Position numbers and translations under genes: made by a program. From Felis catus (lineage: Eukaryota): 64,000 nt of DNA. Positions 1-12,700 of this stretch are shown one piece after another (positions within the stretch are counted from its first letter, which is position 1; each line of letters opens with the position of its first letter). The notes beneath the pieces are model-generated. The model did not search any database. It had not been told where the DNA came from and saw nothing but the letters and a program-made list of their open reading frames with translations. The stretch spans positions 151,592,001 to 151,656,000 of the forward strand of contig NC_058368.1 of the NCBI RefSeq assembly GCF_018350175.1, written 5' to 3'.

Positions 1-2499
1 ATATATATATATATGTATTTCTATTGTGTATGAGAAAATCTGGAAGGTAGAAGTCATTTTCCTCCAATTTTCACACTGCCTACAATTTTTCAGCTCTTCC
101 TTTCGCCTGGTATTTTCTTTAGAGCCAAATAAGTAGATTCATAGTTTTCGTTACCCTAGAGAGCCCCTTTTCATCATAAAGTCTAATAAGAAGGCCCCAG
201 ACATAACTACAGTGTCCCAGACTGCCCTTTACACGAGACGAAAGGTAAAACGAGCTGATCAAGTAACAAACTACAAATTGATGCAGGCAGTGAGAACAGA
301 AGCCTGGTTTTCTGCCCTATAACGTCTGCACAGAAGTGGAGAATATGGTTAAAAACATTGGCGGCAGCCAGTTACCGGAATAGCTAGCACTTCCAGGAAC
401 AAATGCATTCCTAATGAATTTGTGGACACTGCATTTACCGCAACAACAGCAGGTTTTCTCACATATGCACTCCACAGCACCCGCCTGCACAGGGTTTATT
501 GACCTTCTGCAAACACTGACGGAAGAGGGGGCTGCCAGAGAGTGAGAGGCAGAGAGCCATCCAAAACATCTTGGAAAGGCCTCTGAGAGAATTTTTTAGT
601 GTTTAGAAGACATACTATTCTTCTCTCTGCCAAAGTCTTTCTTTCTTTTTTTTTCTGGTTAAAGCATTCAAAGAGTGAAAAAAAAATATGGTTTCCTAAT
701 GACATAGTCATGCAGTCCCTTCCAACATCCACAATACCTGCCGAGATCTTGTTTCATTCTAAGGCAGCTCAAGTGTCTTGATTGTAGTATAAACATACAT
801 CCTGATTGACTGAGAAAGGCTTTTTTCTCCCACTGTTCATTTACATGGTTTTATAATCTTCCTGTGTATTAAACAGTAAGTCTAGCATGAAGAAGTATCT
901 TTCCACAGGGCACAACCTCACTTAAACACTAAAGTTTGGAACTTGGAACTGGTTGGAGAGAAAATACAGTTTTTTCCCCCCACATCTGGCTGTAGCCAGA
1001 GGAACTGAAGTCATCAAACAATGTTTTAGAGACCTCAAAGTCACTGGCTGGTGTCACCACTGGATACTGATAACAACTCAGTATACCCTAGTAAGTAAAA
1101 AACCACAGAGTTCATGTTGGAGGAAAGATTCTTTATGAATCAAAGTAATTGTCTTCCTAAGAAGTGTCTCACATTTTGACACCTCACCAAACTGTCCAAG
1201 GATAAATATTTAAGGCCTAACTGATCAAACATTACCATCTTATTCTCCTTTACTCAAGAGCTGACCTCCCTAGAACATATCTCTCTAACTGGAATAATTC
1301 AGTTCCGCTGGCAAAATACTCTAATGAAAACTGACATCCATTTGCCTCTTCTTTTAGGCACTGGAATTAACGTAACAGAGCTCTCTAGCCACGATCTGTT
1401 CTATTTGTGAACAATAAAAGAACAACAGTGATATTAATTGCTGTGATTCAGGTAAAGTACATATTGTGGTCATCACCACTGTTTGCTCTGCCCCACCCCA
1501 AACCAAAAACATATAGAGATAATGGTGCCAGAACAAACTGCAATCAAACTTTAAATCCTCAAGCCACTATTCTGTATATGGATCTGGAATAAATGATACA
1601 AGTGTCACATTTATCATTTCATTTTACCAGTGTTATTACTAGCTCAATTAAAGACCACATCCGGTAAAACCTTGTTTTAATGACCAGCTCCAGACATTAC
1701 ATTTCTGCTGCTCTGGTTGGTTGTGGTTGGCATCTAACTATTGAATAAATGGCTCTATCCTTAAAATATTGGGTTAACTTACTGATTTGAAACCACTTCC
1801 CAATAACAGTCAACAGTGGCCACCCAGCTGAGATCAGAGGAGTAGAAATAGGCCTTTATGACAGGCACAAGGTAAGAAGTTACCTGTCAAACAATCAAGA
1901 CTTGAAAGCATCCTAGAATGCTAGATCTGTAAATAACTAAAGTCACTAACCACCATGTGTTCACTCCAGGTATCACCAGTTCCTGTGTAATTGAAGACCC
2001 CAACAACTTACTTGATCATTTCTTTGCTTGCTAACATGTAAACCAATGGTAATCAAGGCAAGTGAGAGAATATGAAAGTTAAATGTGAGACTTCTTAATA
2101 ACTGATCAAATGAAAAGAGGAACACACCTGACTAGAAAACTGTGTAAATGATGATTTGAGGCTTTGCATTTCACAAGAATGAGATAACTAATAAGGATAT
2201 AATACCCTGAAAGCTCTGCCCTTCTTGATATATTTCATTAACTCTAAAGTCACTTCTTCCAGAAGTTTTAATGCCAGTAATTTCCCCTGACTCTGGTTAT
2301 TGATCCATTTGGGGAGCATTTTTTTTTAGCATGTAAGCAGTGGGTCCAGTGTATGTTATGTTTATTTATAGTTATTGATGTTTCTTTAAATTAGCTTCCT
2401 ATAATATCTGCAAAAGATGGAAAAGATTGAAAAAGACTAGTTGACAACAGATTACACATGGCCTTGGATGAGATATAAAATGTTTGGACTTTATCTATA

Positions 2500-2620
2500 A
2501 TCTACCAGGAGGAGTTATTGTAGATTACTTTTACCTGGGTCCTGCACCCAAGTTTCTGATTAACTGATCTAGAGTGAGGTCTGAGCATTGGTATTAAAAA
2601 AAATAGCTTCACATCTACTG
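2500..2620. mobile_element. hAT-Charlie MITE relic (MER5-like)
   Basis: CTGGGTCCTGCACCCAAGTTTCTGATTAACTGATCTAGAGTGAGGTCTGAGCATTGGTATT resembles the MER5 core as I recall it; a possible remainder lies at ~3060-3097. Confidence 0.4.
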
Positions 2621-2699
2621 ATCAGGATCCAAGAAAAATGATTTAAATGAAGAGACTATAATGAAGGGACAAGTTGCAAAAGTGTGAGCAAGGTTAATC

Positions 2700-3057
2700 C
2701 AACAAATTCAGTATTAAGGAGAAGGTGGCCAGAAATTAGTAATGTCTGGAGTCCATTTGGCCTCCTGGTAGGAACTGTAATCACAGAGGGACAAAACTGC
2801 TGACAAAGTTGTGATTCCCCTGACACAAAAAACAAAACAAAACAAACAAACAAACAAACAACTAAGGAAAACATAATTTGACACTCCTCCTGTCCACCCG
2901 TTTTCTGTCAATGCTTCCATTGGTGAAATCCTGAGAGAAACTACTGGGCAAGGGAACCCAGATGATGTGCTCTGTGGAGGTTATCCTCCTGGGGCATAGG
3001 ACAGGGTTGAGAAGGATGAAGAATGTATAGGAGGAGGCAAATAGGAAATAACAATAC
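2700..3057 (-). mobile_element. ERVL-MaLR LTR relic (MLT1K/L-like)
   Basis: TTCCATTGGTGAAATC...GGGCAAGGGAACCCAGATGATG...GGACAGGGTTGAGAAGGATGAAGAAT resembles old MLT1 LTRs. Confidence 0.4.
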
Positions 3058-3444
3058 AGGTGACTCTATAGCTAAGTTTGAGAGTTGCCGCTGTAGATAG
3101 TAGGGGGACCAGGGAGCTCAAAGGATCACATAATACACATAGTAAACTCTGAGAATGGTTTGTCCCACACCTTCATTTTCACACTTGAAACTGAGGCCAG
3201 AGAGTGACACTACACATCCACCGTCATAGAGTTAGGAAGCCTAAGATTCAGGGCTACAAGGATTCCACATTATCAAACACACAAATTGGTATGATGAAAA
3301 CAATACTTAAGGAAAATTAATTTGGCAACAATGTACCGAGTATCTTTAAAGATAAAAATATTAGAGGAGAATACAAGTTTGGAAAGTATTGGTATGACTT
3401 TAAGGGTGAGATTTTAGGATTCTAAACTAAATGGAAGTTGAGAG

Positions 3445-3652
3445 GGGGCACCTGGGTGACTCAGTCCGTCAAACATCCAACTTCGGCTCAGGTCATGATC
3501 TCGTGGTTCATGGGTTTGAGCCCTGTGTCAGGTTCTGTGCTGACAGCACAGAGCCTGGAGCCTGCTTCAGATTCTGTGTCTCCCTCTCTTTCTTCCCCTA
3601 GCCTGCTCACACACACACACACTCTCTCTCAAAAATAAACATTAAAAAAAAT
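3445..3652 (+). mobile_element. Can-SINE (feliform SINEC)
   Basis: tRNA-like head GGGGCACCTGGGTGACTCAGTC, CT-rich linker, A tail; TSD TAAACTAAATG(G/A)AAGTTGAGA at 3423-3443 and 3653-3673. Confidence 0.97.
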
Positions 3653-4506
3653 TAAACTAAATGAAAGTTGAGATGGAAAGGAGGAAACCAATACTACAGA
3701 GCATGCAAAGAAAGTTTTACAGACTTTTGTAAATTGCCGTGTGGATGAGAAAGGTGAATGAAAAGAATTTGGAATCAGATAGGAGTTGGATAATTCTAGT
3801 CCAGAACAATAGGAGAGAGGTGGTAATAGTGAAATGGCACAAGAATAGAAGCTGTTTCTCTAGGGAAGGAGTTTGGTTTTAGGTGGTTTGAATATATGAG
3901 TTGAATAGTCCATTATCAGTTGGTGAAATGGGAACTGGAATATGTGGTTAGATATAATGTATACAGTAAATGTCTCCAGTCTTAAGATTTTGTAGTTATT
4001 GAAATACCTGTGCTTATTTATCAGGCAGAAAAGATCCTAGAGCCAGGTTAAAATTGTTACTTATTAGGGTAAAAACACAGGCATGCCCTAATATTTTTCA
4101 TCCCTAGTTTACTGGACTGAATGACTTATATGTCCTTCGATAAGTTTCAAGAATATTTTATTCTATCATTTGATATTTATACATGTGTAGGTCCCTGCCA
4201 TCTAGATAAAGGGGTTTCCAAGTAAAGATAGTCATTATAAACATTCTTAAATTCTTCAGAAAAATGTACTATCAAGGGAGAAGTGTTTCTATCATTTAGT
4301 CTCTGGGTATATTAATTTATTTTGCTATCTGTCCTCCCAGCCCAATAGGCTTATTTGTTTATCATCCCTGATACTCTGTTCAAACCATGTGAAAGTAATT
4401 TGTTTCTCAAAACAATAAAATTACACCTACTACTAACTTTTATGTTTTGCTTTACAAATCCTCCCTTACAGTTCACGTGGTGGGTGACCCTTTAATAAGA
4501 ATGTTT

Positions 4507-4701
4507 GGGGGCGCCTGGGTGGCTCAGTCAGTTAAGCGTCCAACTTCAGCTAAGATCATGATCACACAGTTTGTGAGTTTGAGTCCCACATTGGACTCTG
4601 TGCTGACAGCCCAGAGCCTGGAGGCTACTTCAGATTCCGTGTCTTCCCCTTCCCCTACTCACACTGTCTCTCTCTCTCAAAAATAAACAAACACTAAAAA
4701 A
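4507..4701 (+). mobile_element. Can-SINE
   Basis: GGGGCGCCTGGGTGGCTCAGTCAGTTAAGCGTCC head and A tail; flanking repeat TTTAATAA(A)GAATGTT. Confidence 0.97.
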
Positions 4702-6369
4702 ATTTTAATAAAGAATGTTCTGAAAAAGTAACATTTTCAAAAGATAATTTCTAAATATAGTAGCACTCTATATTTCTATTATTCCACCACCTCACTTACA
4801 CTAAAAAAGAAAAACTAAAAAATGAAAACTAAATTTTAAAATTCTAACTTTAGTAAAATTCTGAATTTTAAGTAAATCACCCCACAGTTTTTTAAGTTAT
4901 TTCAGTATGTGATAATGCAAATACTGATGGAGAAACCAGAGAAATTTCAAGTAAATCTTATTAAGTAGTACCAGGGTGTTTTCTTTTTTCTGTTAAGTGT
5001 GTTTCTTTGAAATTGATAGAGAAGTATCTTTAAAGAGTTACTAACAAGTACTTCTTTCTTTTACTATGAAAATAGTCATATTCTTTATCAGACAGTTTTT
5101 TAGTCTCAGTAAAACCTGTGATAAAGTATCCAGATACATGAACTCACTCTGTTTCTTAAGCAGTATAATTACTTTGCATGCTTTTCTTAATTATATTCAA
5201 ATACAGTTTCTTTGATATAGTTAAAGTCAACATTAATCTGTTAAAGCCCACACTTCGATTCAAGTTTTGTAGAAATGCGGAAAAACGTATCAGGGCCCAA
5301 ATTCTTAGGCTATCAGTTCGACCTCTGCTGGGTCCATAGTTTGTTGAAGACTCATGTTGGCATTTGTAACCCATATACCATCTTGGTATCATGGTCATCA
5401 ACTCTGAAATGTCATGAATTGAAGATCAACTTTATTTTTGGAGGTAATTCTATTATGAGGTTTTTGGTAGTGCTGAAGGTTCTGTGAAGTAAGGGCAAAA
5501 TAATCTACATTACACTAATTCACATTCCACTGTCAACCACGTTACTTTGAGACTTTACTCTCAGTTTCACACCTTGTCCTATTTCCAGATGAAGCTGACT
5601 TCTGAAGAAATGCTCAAATTTTCTAGTCTGCCCACTCCTCGATGGGTAGATGATAAATAAAATCAGGCAGTGTGACTTTTCTATTGCCCACTTCTAAAGG
5701 TTTCCACACACTCTTGGAATGAAACACTTTAAGGCACGGTGTTTATTCTTGCTTCATGATATTTATATTTGCATGATGCTATAAATAAGAACTCAAATGC
5801 ATTTTTAAGCAAGCTGATGAATAATACCGCCCAAACCTTTACATTTTAGTTTTTAGAAGTGAGATGTCATAGTCTAAAGTGTAAAATCCAAATGTAGTTT
5901 GTAGGAGGCAAGAAGTGAAAATGAGTAAGGATTTTTTTTTTCAGAATGGAAAGTCCAAATGACCACGTTGCTGACCAGCTATGACCCTGTTTGTAGTTTT
6001 TACTCACAGTGCAAGAAAAGCATGTCAGTTCAGTGTTTTTTGATACATACACACTAAGTGTTTCATCAGTTATAGGGTCTACCCTATACCCTATAGGCCA
6101 TCATCACTATAACTAAAAGTCATGAACCAGTCTCACATTCCAGTTACTATTCAATTTTGAGGCCTGCCTTCCACATATTCACTATCTATGTGTTGAGCTT
6201 GGACTTAATGAAAGTTTGGGAGTGGGAGGTGGGGGAAAAGTGGGAACAACACAATCCATGTGGTTCATCACTATTTTTCCATTCCTGGTGATGATTTAAC
6301 TATAATCTACATGCACATTCTTCATCCATCTGCCCTCAACCCTACCCAGTTTCTTTGAGAAACTTGTTT

Positions 6370-6930
6370 CTTTTATGACATGTGTTTGAGACATTTGTTC
6401 CTATGTGAAAACTACTGGCTGTGTTACACTGGAGCTGCAAACCTTGTCATGATTGCCAGTATGAGTCTGGATATAGCAGAAGCTTCTATAACAGAGAAAC
6501 AGAAAATATAGTGACTGAAGAAGGCAGATGTGTCTTTCTCTCTCTCATATAATTGTGCAGGAGAAAATGGTTAATGAGAAGCTTTGAGATGCTAATCTGG
6601 GACCCAAGCTGGCAAGTTGACACTACTTTATATGTGGCTTCGATCTGGGACCCAAGAAAATTTCCTGTTCTTGCCTCTTGCAAGAACAACCAATAGGAAA
6701 AGACAAAGAGGAAAAAAAAACTTGACGAAGGCAAATTATTATTAAGGACAAGACCTGAAAGTTATACAAATTTCTACTCATATCCCACTGGAAACAACTT
6801 AGTTATGAAAGAAGCTGGAAGGGCTAGGTAATAAAAAATATAGCTGGGTGACCATTCAGGGAAGATCTATTACAAAAGGGAAGAACAAAAGAATGGATAA
6901 TATGGGACATTAGCAACCTCTACTACAATA
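6370..6930. mobile_element. Degenerate MLT1-type LTR fragments
   Basis: CTACTCATATCCCACTGG...AAGAATGGATAATATGGGACATTAGCAACCTCTACTACA resembles an MLT1J-like end; an upstream piece looks MLT1-like. Confidence 0.35.
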
Positions 6931-7599
6931 ACCATATTCTAGCCAACTGAGCTAAAACATTAAATATAATATGTAATACATATAATTGCATAATACAGAT
7001 GTACTATAGGACACTATTAGGCAAAATAATTTAACAAAAAATGAGGTGAAGTCATATTGAGAAAATATTGTTGTCTCATATTAGTACTAGGCATAATAAT
7101 TATTCTTGGTACACAGCCCTAGAGAACTAAAATTATGTGTGAAATAGTGAAAATTTGTCAAGTATATAGAGATACATTTCTAATCCTTTGTGAACATGAG
7201 TCCTCAATTTCTAGTTTCCTAGATGAAGAAGGAAAAGTTTAGTCTGTTTATTTGGAATTTCCAGAAAATTTACACAACATATTTTAATATTTCAGTGTTC
7301 TACATATCAATGATTATGTCTTAGTAAGTTTTTCCACTGTGATGGATCCATTTAATATAATTTTTCACTGTTTGGTTTTCTATCAGTAGAAACTCTTTAC
7401 TGTATTTAAGAATTATAGGTAAACAAAATTCCTTCAAAATAATAATCAGTTAAGTGTTAGTGAAAAGTATGTAGCTAAGTGGAATGGAGTAGAATAGTTC
7501 ATGGAACTTTATCCTTCTAGTTCATCTTTGATGAGGGCAAGGAGAGGTGTGATATGAAAGGAATCAAGAAGAACAGATTTAAAGACAAGAAACCATGAC

Positions 7600-8450
7600 G
7601 TTAAGCAATGCAAAACAGTAGCACTCACATCCAGTCTCTCAAACAAGAAACCTGATGTAATCTTTCTTCCTCTAGCTCTACTTCAGTCTCTAATTCATTA
7701 TTAAGCTGTGGCACACAACCTGCTTAAACATTTCAGATCTATCTCTGGTTCTTCTCTCAATGTCACTAGTCTATTGCAAATCTAAATCATTGAAAAGATT
7801 TAGATTTCTAACCTAATTAGATTAGATTGCTAATTTGTCTGATACTCATCATACACTTCTGTACCCAACTCTTCCTTCCTGCCGTGCTCTGTATTCACCA
7901 CATAGCACATTCTCCCAAATGCATGTCTGCTCATATCACCCCCCTAAAGCCATATGAAGGCTCTCTAGAGTTTTCAGAATAAAATGTTTTTATCTCAGCA
8001 GAGATGGCCCTTCATAATCTGGCTTCTGCCATCTATTTAGTCTTATTTGCAGCAGCTTCTAAATGCTTTCCCTCCAAAAAAATAAATTTATTTTTTGTTC
8101 CCTGGATGTATCCTACAGTTTTACATCCCTAGGCCTTGAGTAATACCTCTACCTTGTCTACCATACTTTCTTCAACTTAATATTCAAACTTAGTTTAGAG
8201 TTCATTAACAAACAAACTTTCTTTGGATAATTTTCTATGTCCAATACCAGGGTTAAATACTCCCCCAAGCACCAATTATGTCCTGTTAATATCTCTCTTG
8301 TGCTACATATCATATGGCATCACTCCATATTACATGATACAGTACACATCAGTCTTCTATAATCTGAGTGTTCCTTGAGACCATAGACTATCTTTTGTGT
8401 CTATTTTCCTTGCATCTAGAATGTTTATAAAAGATAAGAGGTACTCTTTG
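7600..8450 (+). mobile_element. LINE-2 3' relic
   Basis: CAAGAAACCTGATGTAATCTT..., GGCCCTTCATAATCTGGCTTCTGCC and TTCCTTGAGACCATAGACTATCTTTTG are typical decayed L2 3' motifs. Confidence 0.45.
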
Positions 8451-10959
8451 ATGGGCTGTCCAAGTAACTAGTTGATATAATGAGGATAGAAAAGTGTTGT
8501 GATATTTTTAAGCTTTTTACAAACCAGCCACCCTATATACCTATTTGAATAATTCCTTTTTTTTATATGAAACTAAAAAGAAAAAAAAACACCAAAAAAT
8601 GACAGGAATAAAAATATCCTATTTTTACTCTGTAATGAAATGAAAGATGAAAGATGCTGAAGAATTTGAATGAGATCAGAACAAAACTTATTCCATTGGC
8701 ACAAATTCCTAGATGGCATTGTAACTGGGTTTTGAATCATGTAGTCAGTGAGTCAACTAAATATCAGTGTGGGTGACTGTAAGGGCTTCCTTCATTCTCT
8801 GTGTTTACATCTGGAAAAAGCCACATTAGCAACACATTATCTAATCATGAAATTAGACATCTTGATCAAAGGTTTTTTTATAGGAAATTATCGCATATTT
8901 TCTATTGAGAAAAACTATTTCTAAACACTAAGGGCCTATTTGGAAACATGTTTAATATATAGTTTCACTCCTACTCTACAAAATAACTTACACACCCTCC
9001 AGAAATTCACTATAATAAGATTTTCCCAGTTTGAACTATTTTTGCTTCTGAGGATTTTTTTTACCTTTTCACTCTTTAATTCTGCCTAGAGTAAATGTGT
9101 TATTAGGGTTAACCAAGACTACCAGGTCATCTAAATAAAACTATTCAATCAATTGGGTTGAGTGAAATTTCTACTAATTTAATTATTTTCTTTCCTCAAT
9201 TCTGGCTATTTAGTGGAACAACTACTTTGTTTTGTTACTAGAATTTACTTAAATTGTCAGTTGATTTGATGTTACCTAGATAGGGACAAAGCTCATTTTG
9301 CTGGAAGCATTCTAGTAAAATTGACAATCAGTTTTACTTTTGTTGTTATTACTCCTCTTTTCCTTAAGAAACAAATATTGAACGGATACTAGTTATAGAG
9401 TCCTTTCCCCTAAAGAGAATTTCTATGGATTAGGAGAAACTTAAGAAGTCAGTAGTTTCTAAATCTTATTGCTTTTAACTCCTGTTTTTAAAAAAGGAAA
9501 TAGAATTCCTAAAATAACATTGTATGCAAAGAAAAAAAAAAAAGGAAGAAGAAGAAGAAAAGAATTCTATTTGGTAGACTAAGGAAACTCTTGGGTTGAA
9601 TCAATTCTTTCCCCTGAATTCTCTATAAACTTCCTCTCTATACCACTTTCAGTTTGAAATAAACATTTACAATAGATATTGAAATGGTTCTTTGATATTG
9701 TTAAAAACAACCTCCCACCTAGTTTCCTCTTCCTCTTTCCTTCTATTTCCTCCTTTATCACATCTTCTCTTTTGAGATATCTGATTCATACATGAAAATT
9801 AATTTAAACACTTTACTAGATCTGCATATACCATTTTTCAAAATGAAGGCCACATGTCTATAAAGTACTGTTACAACCACTAATTCAGAAAAATCTTGGT
9901 TTACATTTGGAATGGTACTTGTTTTTATTCTTCAAGTAATATAAATTCTGGCTTATAGATATTTGAAAAAATATTATAATTTTCATCAGAAGACTTTTGT
10001 GTCACCATGCTTTGTATTTTTCAGAATTATATTTGTGTCACAAAACTGACATTCATTCATTTGCTGTTTATTTTAAATCTTAATGTATGACTAAAATTTT
10101 CCTTCCTGATCTTGACCCATAGTACAGAACAATTTGGTTAACTCATTTCAATTTACTACAAAGTCAAAATTATTAAATATACATCTCTTCTTTCTTTTCC
10201 ATAAATTTTCCATTAATAATCGATGTTTCTAACTTGGCATAACACTAAGGAGGGTGAACATACCTCCTTAAAATTGGCTCTTGTGCAGACCTTTTCCTAT
10301 AATTCTTACATCTGTTACTTGATATCAAACAACTAAATGACAACTTTAAAAAACAGAATTATAACTCACATCTTCTAGGATTTAGACAATGCATGTAGTC
10401 ACATTGAAACAACTCTCAAATAATGGGTATTTGCTCCCTACTTTGCTGATAAAGGATTTCTAAACTCTGTCAAAGTCTTAACTAGTTATGTCTAGGAGTT
10501 CACAAAAGTATCTCCCAAGAGCTACAAACTATTCTGTCATGTTCTTCGGCTCTGCTATCACTCTTCCATGAACTTTACTTCTCATGAAGTCATGATAGGA
10601 GCCCTTCACTGATGCTATTTGGTGAAGAATATTCCAGATGATTTAGTATTTGTCAAATATTAAGCAGTACATAAAAATAATGCCATATATATGCCTACGT
10701 ATATGTGTATATTTTGGTTTGCTTATTTTGAAACACATTTGTAATTTGTTTATTGATATAATAGATCATGAAATTTTCTGTGCTTACATGTATATATTTA
10801 CCTTACTGTTTTTTGTTTTGTTTGCTAGTTCTTACACTTGCATAGTGTTCAAAGAATGACTATACTATAGCTTGTTTGTCCAGTACGTTATTGATGTTAT
10901 TAGTATTAGTCTGAATGTTTGAATGTCCTATGGGTAAACATACCTTCTCAAACTTAACT

Positions 10960-11225
10960 CTTGTACAGACCTTTCCATAGTTTTTAAAAAAAAGTTGTTT
11001 TTAAAAAGTTTTTTTAAAAAAACTTTCCCAGTTTTTTTTTTATTTTGTTGTTATAAACAATGCTCTAATTTACATTGTGTACATATATTCTTCTACATTT
11101 GATTAGGTATAAAGTAAATTATTGGAACTAGGTTAGTATCTGCAATTTAAATTTTGCCAGTTATTGCTAAATTTTCTAAACAATAAAGTGAATAAGTTTG
11201 TTTTTCTACACTCCCACCAATAAAA
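10960..11225 (-). mobile_element. Ancient L1 (L1M-type) ORF2 3'-end fragment
   Basis: TTATAAACAATGCTCT...GTACATATATTCTT...TACACTCCCACCAA matches the antisense end of L1 ORF2. Confidence 0.4.
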
Positions 11226-12145
11226 TCTCTCTATTCATACACACACATATGGACACACATCAGTATATCTCACTACTACTGAAGCAGTTATTTTGATCAT
11301 TCAAAATAAACTTTTGTCAAAAGACAACTACACTTATTGCCCCACCAAGACTTACGTTTAATTTTTCTGCATTTAGAAAGATGTTAATTGATGTTTTTAA
11401 ACCATTACATTATTTGGCTTATCATTATGCAACAATTTAATTTTAACCATATTCTGGTTTACTTAAAAGCAAAATATTCACCTCCCTGCTCATCCAAACT
11501 GCAGAGACTGAAGGTATGTGTTCTGTTTTGACACTACTTCTTAAGGCAATTAGGCCTCTGAAGCAGAGGTGAAGAGGTCAGTGGAATTTTCCTTCATGTG
11601 TGTCTGTTTATCATTGGAACAAGCTAAGTTCCTGTTATGTAGAAAGCTTGAATAATTCTGAATTTTGCTATGCTTCTGAACTGGGGCTGTTATGAATTGT
11701 TCAGTCCAAAGGTTATAGTAACAACCAACCTAATGGGCTTGCGACTCCTTCATCATTCATAATGCTTTTCAAAATTTACACAAATCCTTTTCCATTCCTA
11801 AAGACAAGCACCCTAAATACAGCGTGTCATTTGGCCTTATTCTAAGTTCCAAAAACATATGCGCTATTTAAACGGAATCAGCAAGCAATGAAAGAACTCT
11901 GTACCAGACTCCATTTTCAAATAGGAAAAGAGAGGATTCTTTGCCTTTATGTTCTTTATTTATACTCTGAATTTTCCCATGGGTTTGCACATGTATACTT
12001 TGAAGGTGTTACATTCATCTTCCTGGTAAGATGTATTAGCATACACTTTCTACGTCTCAGTGACTGGAAGGCTGAGAGCACTGTAGGTCACAAAAGAACC
12101 AGAAGATTGAGAAAAGTGCCCAGTGCCAGCAGCTCGCACACGCAT

Positions 12146-12149
<4 letters not shown>

Positions 12150-12194
<45 letters not shown>
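12150..12194. repeat. (CA)n microsatellite
   Basis: Uninterrupted CA run. Confidence 0.95.
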
Positions 12195-12197
<3 letters not shown>

Positions 12198-12479
12198 CTG
12201 CACAAAATTACATACGCTATTGACTGTAATAGGGTGTTGTTTGTAGGATAATTCTCAAACCTTTACTACCTTTTGGTAATATAAAAAGAATTTACTCTGC
12301 CAATCAATGCTATGTCACTTAATACTCACTACAATATTGTACCAGATTTCAGAGTTCTTCTACCAAACGTGGGACTTTTGCCTTATCCAAAATAGAATAT
12401 GTACAACTATCCAGTATTTCTTCCTTAAGTTGACTTGCCTTTTTCACTTACATGAACTTATTTATAAGAAAATTGTTGT

Positions 12480-12700
12480 GGGGTGCCTGGTGGCTCAGTC
12501 GGTTATGTGTCCTACCTCGGCTCAGGTCACAATCTTGTAGTTTGTGGGTTGGAGCTGCACGTGGGGCTTTTGTGCTGACAGCTCAGAGCCTGGAGCCTGC
12601 TTCAGATTCTGTGTTTCCATCTCTCTCTGCCCACCCTTGCCCCGCTCTCACTCTGTCTCCCTCTCTCAAAAATAAACATTAAAATAAAATGAAAAAAAAA
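12480..12700 (+). mobile_element. Can-SINE
   Basis: GGGGTGCCTGGTGGCTCAGTCGG head and A tail; TSD AAGAAAAT(T/G)GTTGT at ~12466 and ~12701. Confidence 0.96.

Noticed and set aside
3445..3530. tRNA genes at SINE heads
   Set aside because: The A/B-box similarity reflects the tRNA origin of Can-SINEs; each continues into a SINE body and A tail
5156..5487. Overlapping 81-aa and 70-aa ORFs in unique sequence
   Set aside because: No recognisable homology or convincing exon boundaries; lengths are compatible with chance
11005..11026. Perfect 22-bp palindrome AAAG-T7-A7-CTTT
   Set aside because: Low-complexity homopolymer junction, not informative
11888..12223. 111-aa ORF with a His-Thr repeat
   Set aside because: The HT repeat is the (CA)n microsatellite; no other homology
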